A stretch of 64,000 nt of DNA, from positions 46,108 through 110,107 of the forward strand of contig JAUCBJ010008953.1 in the NCBI GenBank assembly GCA_032718475.1, read 5' to 3'. Below the pieces are notes generated by a model, which saw only the letters and a list, made by a program, of their open reading frames with translations, made no database searches and had not been told where the DNA came from. The stretch comes from Nemertoderma westbladi. Its lineage: Eukaryota > Animalia > Xenacoelomorpha. Positions 14,746-27,934 of this stretch are shown here, one piece after another. Each line of letters starts with the position of its first letter. Within the stretch, counting starts at the first letter, position 1. The translations under genes were made by a program, and so were the position numbers.

Positions 14746-15045
14746 ATGCCAATTGCTGCAAATTATTCATAGTCTGGTTGTTTTGCTGCGGTTGGTGTTG
14801 CTGCTGTTGTTGCTGCGGAGATCCCTGATTGCCTTGCAACGATGCGGCCTGCATCATCATTAGGTAACCGGCGGGACCCAGACTGGACATCTGTTGCTGC
14901 ACCTTTTTCTGTTCCTTTTCGCGCGGCGTGTCGGCGAACTTGACGACTATGGGAGCAGAACAACCCTCCATCGTCTGTGAGTGGTGGAGGATTTTAATAG
15001 CATTTACTCCCATCGCTCGTGTTTGGTATGTAATGAAGGCACATC
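14746..15045 (-). CDS. CELF1/2: CELF1/2 exon, second half of RRM2 and Q-rich divergent domain (GCAFITY...[20 protein letters not shown]...NNLQQLA)
   Basis: Lies within ORF 14738..15064. [19 protein letters not shown] is CELF1/2-type; acceptor ttttctag, donor T|gtgagt, 300 nt, phase 1-1. Confidence 0.95.
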
Positions 15046-15302
15046 CTAGAAAACAATTAAACATTCCTTAAAATGGCTTACTATGTGCCTTAGACCCTTT
15101 CTCCAGTCTCTATCCCTGAAGTTATAACTATGGATACGCCACGAACGGAATCATTTAGATTTCTTTCCCATTTAAATAAATCTCAAACTTGATACACAAC
15201 TGAATGACTAGTATCAAACTCAGCCGCATAAACATAGGATTATCGTAAAGTACCGGTAACAATAATGCGGTTTTGATGATACTTTGTAGTCTATTCGTAC
15301 AA

Positions 15303-18300
15303 TTACCTTTGCTGCTACTGTCCGGGTCTCTCAGTCCTTCCCTTTGCTACTTCCGTCCGGGTTTCGCAGTCCTTACCTTTGCACTACCGTCCGGGTTTCG
15401 CAGTCCTTACCTTTGCTGCTACTGTCCGGGTTTCGCAGTCCTTACCTTTGCTGCTACTGTCCGGGTTTCGCAGTCCTTAACTTTGCTACCAATGCCCGGG
15501 TTTCGCATTCCTTACCTTTGCTACTACCGTCCAGGTTTCGCAGTCCTTACCTTTGCTGCTACTGTCCGGGTTTCTCAGTCCTTCCCTTTGCTACTACCGT
15601 CCAGGTTTCGCAGTCCTTCCCTTTGCTACTACCGTCCAGGTTTCGCAGTCCTTCCCTTTGCTACTACCGTCCGGGTTTCGCAGTCCTTACCTTTGCACTA
15701 CCGTCCGGGTTTCGCAGTCCTTACCTTTGCTGCTACTGTCCGGGTTTCTCCGTCCTTACCTTTGCTACTACCGTCCAGGTTTCGCAGTCCTTCCCTTTGC
15801 TACTACCGTCCAGGTTTCGCAGTCCTTCCCTTTGCTACTACCGTCCGGGTTTCGCAGTCCTTACCTTTGCACTACCGTCCGGGTTTCGCAGTCCTTACCT
15901 TTGCTGCTACTATCCGGGTTTCTCCGTCCTTACCTTTGCTACTACCGTCCAGGTTTCGCAGTCCTTCCCTTTGCTACTACCGTCCAGGTTTCGCAGTCCT
16001 TCCCTTTGCTACTACCGTCCAGGTTTCGCAGTCCTTCCCTTTGCTACTACCGTCCAGGTTTCGCAGTCCTTCCCTTTGCTACTACCGTCCGGGTTTCGCA
16101 GTCCTTACCTTTGCACTACCGTCCGGGTTTCGCAGTCCTTACCTTTGCTGCTACTGTCCGGGTTTCTCCGTCCTTACCTTTGCTACTACCGTCCAGGTTT
16201 CGCAGTCCTTCCCTTTGCTACTACCGTCCGGGTTTCGCAGTCCTTACCTTTGCACTACCGTCCGGGTTTCGCAGTCCTTCCCTTTGCTACTACCGTCCGG
16301 GTTTCGCAGTCCTTCCCTTTGCTACTACCGTCCAGGTTTCGCAGTCCTTCCCTTTGCTACTACCGTCCAGGTTTCGCAGTCCTTCCCTTTGCTACTACCG
16401 TCCGGGTTTCGCAGTCCTTACCTTTGCTGCTACTGTCCGGGTTTCTCAGTCCTTCCCTTTGCTACTACTGTCCGGGTTTCTCAGTCCTTACCTTTGCTGC
16501 TACTGTCCGGGTTTCGCAGTCCTTAACTTTGCTACCAATGCCCGTGTTTCGCATTCCTTACCTTTGCTACTACCGTCCAGGTTTCGCAGTCCTTCCCTTT
16601 GCTACTACCGTCGGGGTTTCGCAGTCCTTCCCTTTGCTACTTCCGTCCGGGGTTCGCAGTCCTTACCTTTGCTGCTACTGTCCGGGTTTCGCAGTCCTTA
16701 ACTTTGCTACCAATGCCCGTGTTTCGCATTCCTTACCTTTGCTACTACCGTCCAGGTTTCGCAGTCCTTCCCTTTGCTACTACCGTCGGGGTTTCGCAGT
16801 CCTTACCTTTGCTACTACCGCCCGGGTTTCTCAGTCTTTACCTCTGCTACTACCGTCCGGGTTTCGCAGTCCTTAACTTTGCTACCAATGCCCGGGTTTC
16901 GCAGTCCTTACCTTTGCTGCTACCGTCCGGGTTTCGCAGTCCTTACCTTTGCTGCTACTGTCCGGGTTTCGCAGTCCTTACCTTTGCTACTACTGTCCGG
17001 GTTTCGCAGTCCTAAACTTTGCTAACAATGCCCGGGTTTCTCAGTCCTTACCTTTGCTACTACCGACGGGGTTTCGCAGTCCTTACCTTTGCTACTACCG
17101 TCGGGGTTTCGCAGTCCTTCCCTTTGCTACTACCGTCCGGGTTTCGCAGTCCTTACCTTTGCTACTACCGTCCAGGTTTCGCAGTCCTTCCCTTTGCTAC
17201 TACCGTCCGGGTTTCGCAGTCCTTACCTTTGCTACTACCGTCCAGGTTTCGCAGTCCTTCCCTTTGCTACTACCGCCCGGGTTTCTCAGTCTTTACCTCT
17301 GCTACTACCGTCCGGGTTTCGCAGTCCTTAACTTTGCTACCAATGCCCGGGTTTCTCAGTCCTTACCTTTGCTACTACCGACGGGGTTTCGCAGTCCTTA
17401 CCTTTGCTACTACCGTCGGGGTTTCGCAGTCCTTCCCTTTGCTACTACCGTCCGGGTTTCGCAGTCCTTACCTTTGCTACTACCGTCCAGGTTTCGCAGT
17501 CCTTCCCTTTGCTACTACCGTCCGGGTTTCGCAGTCCTTACCTTTGCTGCTACCGTCCGGGTTTCGCAGTCCTTACCTTTGCTACTACCGTCCGGGTTTC
17601 GCAGTCCTTACCTTTGCTGCTACTGTCCGGGCTTCGCAGTCCTTAACTTTGATACCAATGCCCGGGTTTCGTAGTCCTTCCCTTTGCTACTACCGCCCGG
17701 GTTTCGCAGTCCTTCCCTTTGCTACTACCGCCCGGGTTTCGCAGTCCTTACCTTTGCTACTACCGTCGGGGTTTCGCAGTCCTTCCCTTTGCTACTACCG
17801 TCCGGGTTTCGCAGTCCTTACCTTTGCTGCTACTGTCCGGGTTTAGCAGTCCTTAACTTTGCTACCAATGCCCGGGTTTCGCATTCCTTCCCTTTGCTAC
17901 TACCGTCGGGGTTTCGCAGTCCTTCCCTTTGCTACTACCGCCCGGGTTTCTCAGTCCTTACCTTTGCTACTACCGTCCGGGTTTCGCAGTCCTTACCTTT
18001 GCTGCTACTGTCCGGGTTTCTCAGTCCTTCCCTTTGCTACTACTGTCCGGGTTTCTCAGTCCTTACCTTTGCTGCTACTGTCCGGGTTTCGCAGTCCTTA
18101 ACTTTGCTACCAATGCCCGTGTTTCGCATTCCTTACCTTTGCTACTACCGTCCAGGTTTCGCAGTCCTTCCCTTTGCTACTACCGTCGGGGTTTCGCAGT
18201 CCTTCCCTTTGCTACTTCCGTCCGGGGTTCGCAGTCCTTACCTTTGCTGCTACTGTCCGGGTTTCGCAGTCCTTAACTTTGCTACCAATGCCCGTGTTTC

Positions 18301-21300
18301 GCATTCCTTACCTTTGCTACTACCGTCCAGGTTTCGCAGTCCTTCCCTTTGCTACTACCGTCGGGGTTTCGCAGTCCTTACCTTTGCTACTACCGCCCGG
18401 GTTTCTCAGTCTTTACCTCTGCTACTACCGTCCGGGTTTCGCAGTCCTTAACTTTGCTACCAATGCCCGGGTTTCGCAGTCCTTACCTTTGCTGCTACCG
18501 TCCGGGTTTCGCAGTCCTTACCTTTGCTGCTACTGTCCGGGTTTCGCAGTCCTTACCTTTGCTACTACTGTCCGGGTTTCGCAGTCCTAAACTTTGCTAA
18601 CAATGCCCGGGTTTCTCAGTCCTTACCTTTGCTACTACCGACGGGGTTTCGCAGTCCTTACCTTTGCTACTACCGTCGGGGTTTCGCAGTCCTTCCCTTT
18701 GCTACTACCGTCCGGGTTTCGCAGTCCTTACCTTTGCTACTACCGTCCAGGTTTCGCAGTCCTTCCCTTTGCTACTACCGTCCGGGTTTCGCAGTCCTTA
18801 CCTTTGCTACTACCGTCCAGGTTTCGCAGTCCTTCCCTTTGCTACTACCGCCCGGGTTTCTCAGTCTTTACCTCTGCTACTACCGTCCGGGTTTCGCAGT
18901 CCTTAACTTTGCTACCAATGCCCGGGTTTCTCAGTCCTTACCTTTGCTACTACCGACGGGGTTTCGCAGTCCTTACCTTTGCTACTACCGTCGGGGTTTC
19001 GCAGTCCTTCCCTTTGCTACTACCGTCCGGGTTTCGCAGTCCTTACCTTTGCTACTACCGTCCAGGTTTCGCAGTCCTTCCCTTTGCTACTACCGTCCGG
19101 GTTTCGCAGTCCTTACCTTTGCTGCTACCGTCCGGGTTTCGCAGTCCTTACCTTTGCTACTACCGTCCGGGTTTCGCAGTCCTTACCTTTGCTGCTACTG
19201 TCCGGGCTTCGCAGTCCTTAACTTTGATACCAATGCCCGGGTTTCGTAGTCCTTCCCTTTGCTACTACCGCCCGGGTTTCGCAGTCCTTCCCTTTGCTAC
19301 TACCGCCCGGGTTTCGCAGTCCTTACCTTTGCTACTACCGTCGGGGTTTCGCAGTCCTTCCCTTTGCTACTACCGTCCGGGTTTCGCAGTCCTTACCTTT
19401 GCTGCTACTGTCCGGGTTTAGCAGTCCTTAACTTTGCTACCAATGCCCGGGTTTCGCATTCCTTCCCTTTGCTACTACCGTCGGGGTTTCGCAGTCCTTC
19501 CCTTTGCTACTACCGCCCGGGTTTCTCAGTCCTTACCTTTGCTACTACCGTCCGGGTTTCGCAGTCCTTCCCTTTGCTACTACCGTCGGGGTTTTGCAGT
19601 CCTTCCCTTTGCTACTACCGCCCGGGTTTCGCAGTCCTTACCTTTGCTACTACCGTCCGGGTTTCGCAGTCCTTCCCTTTGCTACTACCGTCCGGGTTTC
19701 GCAGTCCTTACCTTTGCTACTACCGTCGGGGTTTCGCAGTCCTTCCCTTTGCTACTACCGCCCGGGTTTCTCAGTCCTTACCTTTGCTACTACCGTCCGG
19801 GTTTCGCAGTCCTTCCCTTTGCTACTACCGTCGGGGTTTCGCAGTCCTTCCCTTTGCTACTACCGCCCGGGTTTCGCAGTCCTTACCTTTGCTACTACCG
19901 TCCGGGTTTCGCAGTCCTTCCCTTTGCTACTACCGTCGGGGTTTCGCAGTCCTTCCCTTTGCTACTACCGCCCGGGTTTCTCAGTCCTTACCTTTGCTAC
20001 TACCGTCCGGGTTTCGCAGTCCTTCCCTTTGCTACTACCGTCGGGGTTTTGCAGTCCTTCCCTTTGCTACTACCGCCCGGGTTTCGCAGTCCTTACCTTT
20101 GCTACTACCGTCCGGGTTTCGCAGTCCTTCCCTTTGCTACTACCGTCCGGGTTTCGCAGTCCTTACCTTTGCTACTACCGTCGGGGTTTCGCAGTCCTTC
20201 CCTTTGCTACTACCGCCCGGGTTTCTCAGTCCTTACCTTTGCTACTACCGTCCGGGTTTCGCAGTCCTTCCCTTTGCTACTACCGTCGGGGTTTTGCAGT
20301 CCTTCCCTTTGCTACTACCGCCCGGGTTTCGCAGTCCTTACCTTTGCTACTACCGTCCGGGTTTCGCAGTCCTTCCCTTTGCTACTACCGTCCGGGTTTC
20401 GCAGTCCTTACCTTTGCTGCTACTGTCCGGGTTTCGCAGTCCTTAACTTTGCTACCAATGCCCGGGTTTCGCAGTCCTTCCCTTTGCTACTACCGCCCGG
20501 GTTTTGCAGTCCTTCCCTTTGCTACTACCGCCCGGGTTTCGCAGTCCTTACCTTTGCCACTACCGTCGGGGTTTCGCAGTCCTTCTCTTTGCTACTACTG
20601 TCCGGGTTTCTCAGTCCTTACCTTTGCTACTACCGTCCGGGTTTCTCAGTCCTTCCCTTTGCTACTACCGTCCGGGTTTCGCAATCCTTACTTACCTTTG
20701 CTACTACCGTCCGGGTTTCGCAGTCCTTACCTTTGCTACTACTGTCCGGGTTTCGCAGTCCTTACTTACCTTTGCTACTACCGTCCGGGTTTCGCAGTCC
20801 TTACCTTTGCTACTACCGTCGGGGTTTCGCAGTGCTTCCCTTTGCTGCTACCGTCCGGGTTTCGCAGTCCTTACCTTTGCTACTACCGTCCGGGTTTCGC
20901 ATTCCTTACCTTTGCTACTACCGTCCGGGTTTCGCATTCCTTACCTTTGCTACTACCGTCCAGGTTTCGCAGTCCTTACCTTTGCTACTACCGTCCGGGT
21001 TTCGCAGTCCTTACCTTTGCTACTACCGTACGGGTTTCGCATTCCTTACCTTTGCTACTACCGTCCGGGTTTCGCAGTCCTTCCCTTTGCTACTACCGTC
21101 GGGGTTTCGCAGTCCTTCCCTTTGCTACTACCGTACGGGTTTCGCATTCCTTACCTTTGCTACTACCGTCCGGGTTTCGCAGTCCTTACCTTTGCTACTA
21201 CCGTACGGGTTTCGCATTCCTTACCTTTGCTACTACCGTCCAGGTTTCGCAGTCCTTACCTTTGCTACTACCGTCCGGGTTTCGCAGTCCTTACCTTTGC

Positions 21301-22372
21301 TACTACCGTCCGGGTTTCGCAGTCCTTACCTTTGCTACTACCGTACGGGTTTCGCATTCCTTACCTTTGCTACTACCGTCCGGGTTTCGCAGTCCTTCCC
21401 TTTGCTACTACCGTACGGGTTTCGCATTCCTTACCTTTGCTACTACCGTCCGGGTTTCGCATTCCTTACCTTTGCTACTACCGTCCAGGTTTCGCAGTCC
21501 TTACCTTTGCTACTACCGTCCGGGTTTCGCAGTCCTTACCTTTGCTACTACCGTACGGGTTTCGCATTCCTTACCTTTGCTACTACCGTCCGGGTTTCGC
21601 AGTCCTTCCCTTTGCTACTACCGTCCGGGTTTCGCAGTCCTTACCTTTGCTACTACCGTACGGGTTTCGCATTCCTTACCTTTGCTACTACCGTCCGGGT
21701 TTCGCATTCCTTACCTTTGCTACTACCGTCCAGGTTTCGCAGTCCTTACCTTTGCTACTACCGTCCGGGTTTCGCAGTCCTTACCTTTGCTACTACCGTA
21801 CGGGTTTCGCATTCCTTACCTTTGCTACTACCGTCCGGGTTTCGCAGTCCTTCCCTTTGCTACTACCGTCGGGGTTTCGCAGTCCTTCCCTTTGCTACTA
21901 CCGTACGGGTTTCGCAGTCCTTCCCTTTGCTACTACCGTCCGGGTTTCGCAGTCCTTACCTTTGCTACTACCGTACGGGTTTCGCATTCCTTACCTTTGC
22001 TACTACCGTCCGGGTTTCGCAGTCCTTCCCTTTGCTACTACCGTCGGGGTTTCGCAGTCCTTCCCTTTGCTACTACCGTCCGGGTTTCGCAGTCCTTACC
22101 TTTGCTACTACCGCCGGGTTTCGCAGTTCTTACCTTTGCTACTACCGTCGGGGTTTCGCAGTCCTTACCTTTGCAACTACCGTCGGGGTTTCTCAGTCCT
22201 TACCTTTGCTACTACCGTCGGGGTTTCGCAGTGCTTCCCTTTGCTGCTACCGTCCGGGTTTCGCAGTCCTTACCTTTGCTACTACCGCCGGGTTTCGCAG
22301 TTCTTACCTTTGCTACTACCGTCGGGGTTTCGCATTCCTTACCTTTGCTACTACCGTCGGGGTTTCGCAGTA
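15303..22372 (-). repeat. 35-bp satellite (about 200 copies) derived from the CELF exon 3' end plus 5' splice site
   Basis: Sense-strand unit ACTGCGAAACCCGGACGGTAGTAGCAAAG|GTAAGG; the first unit is the coding exon end ([10 protein letters not shown]). Confidence 0.97.
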
Positions 22373-22505
22373 CCGTACAGTCCTCTATTTTACCATAAGG
22401 AGAGAACAGCACACGGACATCATTTTCACCGAATTTCTTTGTTATCATTCCCACAAACAGTTTCCGCTCCTCAACATTTCTGTTTTCACTGTCGGCAGGT
22501 TTCAT
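22343..22505 (-). CDS. CELF1/2: CELF1/2 exon, RRM1-RRM2 linker and first half of RRM2 ([55 protein letters not shown])
   Basis: Lies within ORF 22212..22523. MKPADSE and RKLFVGM motifs; acceptor tttcag, first donor AAG|gtaagg, 163 nt, phase 0-1. Confidence 0.95.
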
Positions 22506-22958
22506 CTGAAACGAATAATTCATGGTTTTACATAAAGTTTAGGAAAACTTTGCATTTGTTTTGTATGTGATTTGTTTTCAATTAATAATGTCTAATAAAT
22601 GGGTCTGAGAAAAGTAGCCAAAAACAATAAAAAGACTGAGGAGACTAAAAACTTAACTTAACCAAGATATGCAATCTAAGATAACTTTTGACGGTAATTT
22701 CATGTTGACAATAATGGTTTAGCAAGACCAGCTATTCTTTTGGTGTCTCCTGCCAGTCATAATATACCCATACCTTTACCTTTAATTCACATTCTGATCA
22801 GTGTCCAGCTGATAATGGTATGCCGTTACTAGTAATCAAAATATAGAAACTGATATATATTTTTTAAGTGCGTTTTTCATGCAGAATTTCATGGTGACAA
22901 CGGTCTAGCTTTTCCAGCGTCTCTTGCAATTATTCTCTAAATACGTGTACTTTGACTG

Positions 22959-25900
22959 TAATAATGTCAATGTGAGGACCATGGAGTTAAGCTAATAATG
23001 TCAATGTGAGGGTGATGGAGTTAAGCTAATAATGTCAATGTGGGGGCCATGGAGTTAAGCTAATAATGTCAATGTGAGGGTGATGGAGTTAAGCTAATAA
23101 TGTCAATGTGAGGGTCATGGAGTTAAGCTAATAATGTCAATGTGAGGGTCATGGAGTTAAGCTAATAATGTCAATGTGATGGCCATGGAGTTAAGCTAAT
23201 AATGTCAATGTGAGGGTGATGGAGTTAAGCTAATAATGTCAATGTGAGGGTCATGGAGTTAAGCTAATAATGTCAATGTGAGGGTCATGGAGTTAAGCTA
23301 ATAATGTCAATGTGATGGCCATGGAGTTAAGCTAATAATGTCAATGTGAGGGCCATGGAGTTAAGCTAATAATGTCAATGTGAGGGCCATGGAGTTAAGC
23401 TAATAATGTCAATGTGAGGGCCATGGAGTTAAGCTAATAATGTCAATGTGGGGGCCATGGAGTTAAGCTAATAATGTCAATGTGAGGGCCATGGAGTTAA
23501 GCTAATAATGTCAATGTGAGGGTCATGGAGTTAAGCTAATAATGTCAATGTGATGGCCATGGAGTTAAGCTAATAATGTCAATGTGAGGGCCATGGAGTT
23601 AAGCTAATAATGTCAATGTGAGGTCCATGGAGTTAAGCTAATAATGTCAATGTGAGGGCCATGGAGTTAAGCTAATAATGTCAATGTGGGGGCCATGGAG
23701 TTAAGCTAATAATGTCAATGTGAGGGCCATGGAGTTAAGCTAATAATGTCAATGTGATGGCCATGGAGTTAAGCTAATAATGTCAATGTGAGGGCCATGG
23801 AGTTAAGCTAATAATGTCAATGTGAGGGTGATGGAGTTAAGCTAATAATGTCAATGTGAGGGTCATGGAGTTAAGCTAATAATGTCAATGTGAGGGTCAT
23901 GGAGTTAAGCTAATAATGTCAATGTGATGGCCATGGAGTTAAGCTAATAATGTCAATGTGAGGGCCATGGAGTTAAGCTAATAATGTCAATGTGAGGGCC
24001 ATGGAGTTAAGCTAATAATGTCAATGTGAGGGCCATGGAGTTAAGCTAATAATGTCAATGTGGGGGCCATGGAGTTAAGCTAATAATGTCAATGTGAGGG
24101 CCATGGAGTTAAGCTAATAATGTCAATGTGATGGCCATGGAGTTAAGCTAATAATGTCAATGTGAGGGCCATGGAGTTAAGCTAATAATGTCAATGTGAG
24201 GGCCATGAGGTTAAGCTAATAATGTCAATGTGAGGGCCATGGAGTTAAGCTAATAATGTCAATGTGGGGGCCATGGAGTTAAGCTAATAATGTCAATGTG
24301 AGGGCCATGGAGTTAAGCTAATAATGTCAATGTGAGGGTCATGGAGTTAAGCTAATAATGTCAATGTGAGGGTCATGGAGTTAAGCTAAATATGTCAATG
24401 TGATGGCCATGGAGTTAAGCTAATAATGTCAATGTGAGGGCCATGGAGTTAAGCTAATAATGTCAATGTGAGGGCCATGGAGTTAAGCTAATAATGTCAA
24501 TGTGAGGGTCATGGAGTTAAGCTAATAATGTCAATGTGAGGGTCATGGAGTTAAGCTAATAATGTCAATGTGAGGGTCATGGAGTTAAGCTAATAATGTC
24601 AATGTGAGGGTCATGGAGTTAAGCTAATAATGTCAATGTGAGGGTCATGGAGTTAAGCTAATATTGTCAATGTGAGGGTCACTGAGTTAAGCTAATAATG
24701 TCAATGTGAGGGTCATGGAGATAAGCTAATAATGTCAATGTGAGGGTGATGGAGTTAAGCTAATAATGTCAATGTGAGGGCCATGGAGTTAAGCTAATAA
24801 TGTCAATGTGAGGGTCATGGAGTTAAGCTAATAATGTCAATGTGAGGGTCATGGAGTTAAGCTAATAATGTCAATCAATGTGAGGGTCATGGAGTTAAGC
24901 TAATAATGTCAATGTGAGGGCCATGGAGTTAAGCTAATAATGTCAATGTGAGGGCCATGGAGTTAAGCTAATAATGTCAATGTGAGGGTCATGGAGTTAA
25001 GCTAATAATGTCAATGTGAGGGCCATGGAGTTAAGCTAATAATGTCAATGTGAGGGTCATGGAGTTAAGCTAATAATGTCAATGTGATGGCCATGGAGTT
25101 AAGCTAATAATGTCAATGTGAGGGCCATGGAGTTAAGCTAATAATGTCAATGTGAGGGCCATGGAGTTAAGCTAATAATGTCAATGAGAGGGTCATGGAG
25201 TTAAGCTAATAATGTCAATGTGAGGGTGATGGAGTTAAGCTAATAATGTCAATGTGAGGGTCATGGAGTTAAGCTAATAATGCCAATGTGATGGCCATGG
25301 AGTTAAGCTAATAATGTCAATGTGAGGGTGATGGAGTTAAGCTAATAATGTCAATGTGAGGGTGATGGAGTTAAGCTAATAATGTCAATGTGAGGGTCAT
25401 GGAGATAAGCTAATAATGTCAATGTGAGGGTCATGGAGTTAAGCTAATAATGTCAATGTGAGGGCCATGGAGTTAAGCTAATAATGTCAATGTGAGGGTC
25501 ATGGAGTTAAGCTAATAATGTCAATGTGAGGGTCATGGAGATAAGCTAATAATGTCAATGTGAGGGTCATGGAGTTAAGCTAATAATGTCAATCAATGTG
25601 AGGGTCATGGAGTTAAGCTAATAATGTCAATGTGAGGGCCATGGAGTTAAGCTAATAATGTCAATGTGAGGGTCATGGAGTTAAGCTAATAATGTCAATG
25701 TGAGGGCCATGGAGTTAAGCTAATAATGTCAATGTGAGGGTCATGGAGTTAAGCTAATAATGTCAATGTGAGGGCCATGGAGTTAAGCTAATAATGTCAA
25801 TGTGAGGGTCATGGAGTTAAGCTAATAATGTCAATGTGATGGCCATGGAGTTAAGCTAATAATGTCAATGTGAGGGTGATGGAGTTAAGCTAATAATGTC

Positions 25901-27934
25901 AATGTGAGGGTCATGGAGTTAAGCTAATAATGTCAATGTGAGGGTGATGGAGTTAAGCTAATAATGTCAATGTGAGGGTCATGGAGATAAGCTAATAATG
26001 TCAATGTGAGGGTCATGGAGTTAAGCTAATAATGTCAATGTGAGGGTGATGGAGTTAAGCTAATAATGTCAATGTGAGGGTCATGGAGTTAAGCTAATAA
26101 TGTCAATGTGAGGGTCATGGAGTTAAGCTAATAATGCCAATGTGATGGCCATGGAGTTAAGCTAATAATGTCAATGTGAGGGTGATGGAGTTAAGCTAAT
26201 AATGTCAATGTGAGGGTGATGGAGTTAAGCTAATAATGTCAATGTGAGGGTCATGGAGATAAGCTAATAATGTCAATGTGAGGGTCATGGAGTTAAGCTA
26301 ATAATGTCAATGTGAGGGTCATGGAGTTAAGCTAATAATGTCAATGTGAGGGTCATGGAGTTAAGCTAATAATGTCAATGTGAGGGTCATGGAGATAAGC
26401 TAATAATGTCAATGTGAGGGTCATGGAGTTAAGCTAATAATGTCAATCAATGTGAGGGTCATGGAGTTAAGCTAATAATGTCAATGTGAGGGCCATGGAG
26501 TTAAGCTAATAATGTCAATGTGAGGGTCATGGAGTTAAGCTAATAATGTCAATGTGAGGGCCATGGAGTTAAGCTAATTATGTCAATGTGAGGGTCATGG
26601 AGTTAAGCTAATAATGTCAATGTGAGGGCCATGGAGTTAAGCTAATAATGTCAATGTGAGGGTCATGGAGTTAAGCTAATAATGTCAATGTGATGGCCAT
26701 GGAGTTAAGCTAATAATGTCAATGTGAGGGTGATGGAGTTAAGCTAATAATGTCAATGTGAGGGTCATGGAGTTAAGCTAATAATGTCAATGTGAGGGTG
26801 ATGGAGTTAAGCTAATAATGTCAATGTGAGGGTCATGGAGATAAGCTAATAATGTCAATGTGAGGGTCATGGAGTTAAGCTAATAATGTCAATGTGAGGG
26901 TGATGGAGTTAAGCTAATAATGTCAATGTGAGGGTCATGGAGTTAAGCTAATAATGTCAATGTGAGGGCCATGGAGTTAAGCTAATAATGTCAATGTGAG
27001 GGCCATGGAGTTAAGCTAATAATGTCAATGTGAGGGTCATGGAGTTAAGCTAATAATGTCAATGTGATGGCCATGGAGTTAAGCTAATAATGTCAATGTG
27101 AGGGTCATGGGGTTAAGCTAATAATGTCAATGTGAGGGTCATGGAGTTAAGCTAATAATGTCAATGTGAGGGTCATGGAGTTAAGCTAATAATGTCAATG
27201 TGAGGGTCATGGGGTTAAGCTAATAATGTCAATGTGAGGGCCATGGAGTTAAGCTAATAATGTCAATGTGAGGGTCATGGAGTTAAGCTAATAATGTCAA
27301 TGTGAGGGTCATGGAGTTAAGCTAATAATGTCAATGTGATGGCCATGGAGTTAAGCTAATAATGTCAATGTGAGGGTGATGGAGTTAAGCTAATAATGTC
27401 AATGTGAGGGTCATGGAGTTAAGCTAATAATGTCAATGTGATGGCCATGGAGTTAAGCTAATAATGTCAATGTGAGGGTGATGGAGTTAAGCTAATAATG
27501 TCAATGTGAGGGTCATGGAGTTAAGCTAATAATGTCAATGTGAGGGTCATGGGGTTAAGCTAATAATGTCAATGTGAGGGTGATGGAGTTAAGCTAATAA
27601 TGTCAATGTGAGGGTCATGGAGTTAAGCTAATAATGTCAATGTGATGGCCATGGAGTTAAGCTAATAATGTCAATGTGAGGGTGATGGAGTTAAGCTAAT
27701 AATGTCAATGTGAGGGTCATGGAGTTAAGCTAATAATGTCAATGTGATGGCCATGGAGTTAAGCTAATAATGTCAATGTGAGGGTGATGGAGTTAAGCTA
27801 ATAATGTCAATGTGAGGGTCATGGAGTTAAGCTAATAATGTCAATGTGAGGGTCATGGAGTTAAGCTAATAATGTCAATGTGAGGGTGATGGAGTTAAGC
27901 TAATAATGTCAATGTGAGGGTCATGGAGTTAAGC
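22959..27934. repeat. 34-bp satellite, about 146 copies
   Basis: Unit taataatgtcaatgtgagggtcatggagttaagc with gcc/gtg variants. Confidence 0.98.

Noticed and set aside
15303-22342. Classical recursive-splicing (ratchet) points at AG|GT in the 35-bp unit
   Set aside because: The AG is preceded by purine-rich sequence with no polypyrimidine tract, so it is a poor acceptor.
15273-22570. Long + strand ORFs up to 1033 aa
   Set aside because: They are translations of the 35-bp satellite, open in all three frames and antisense to CELF.
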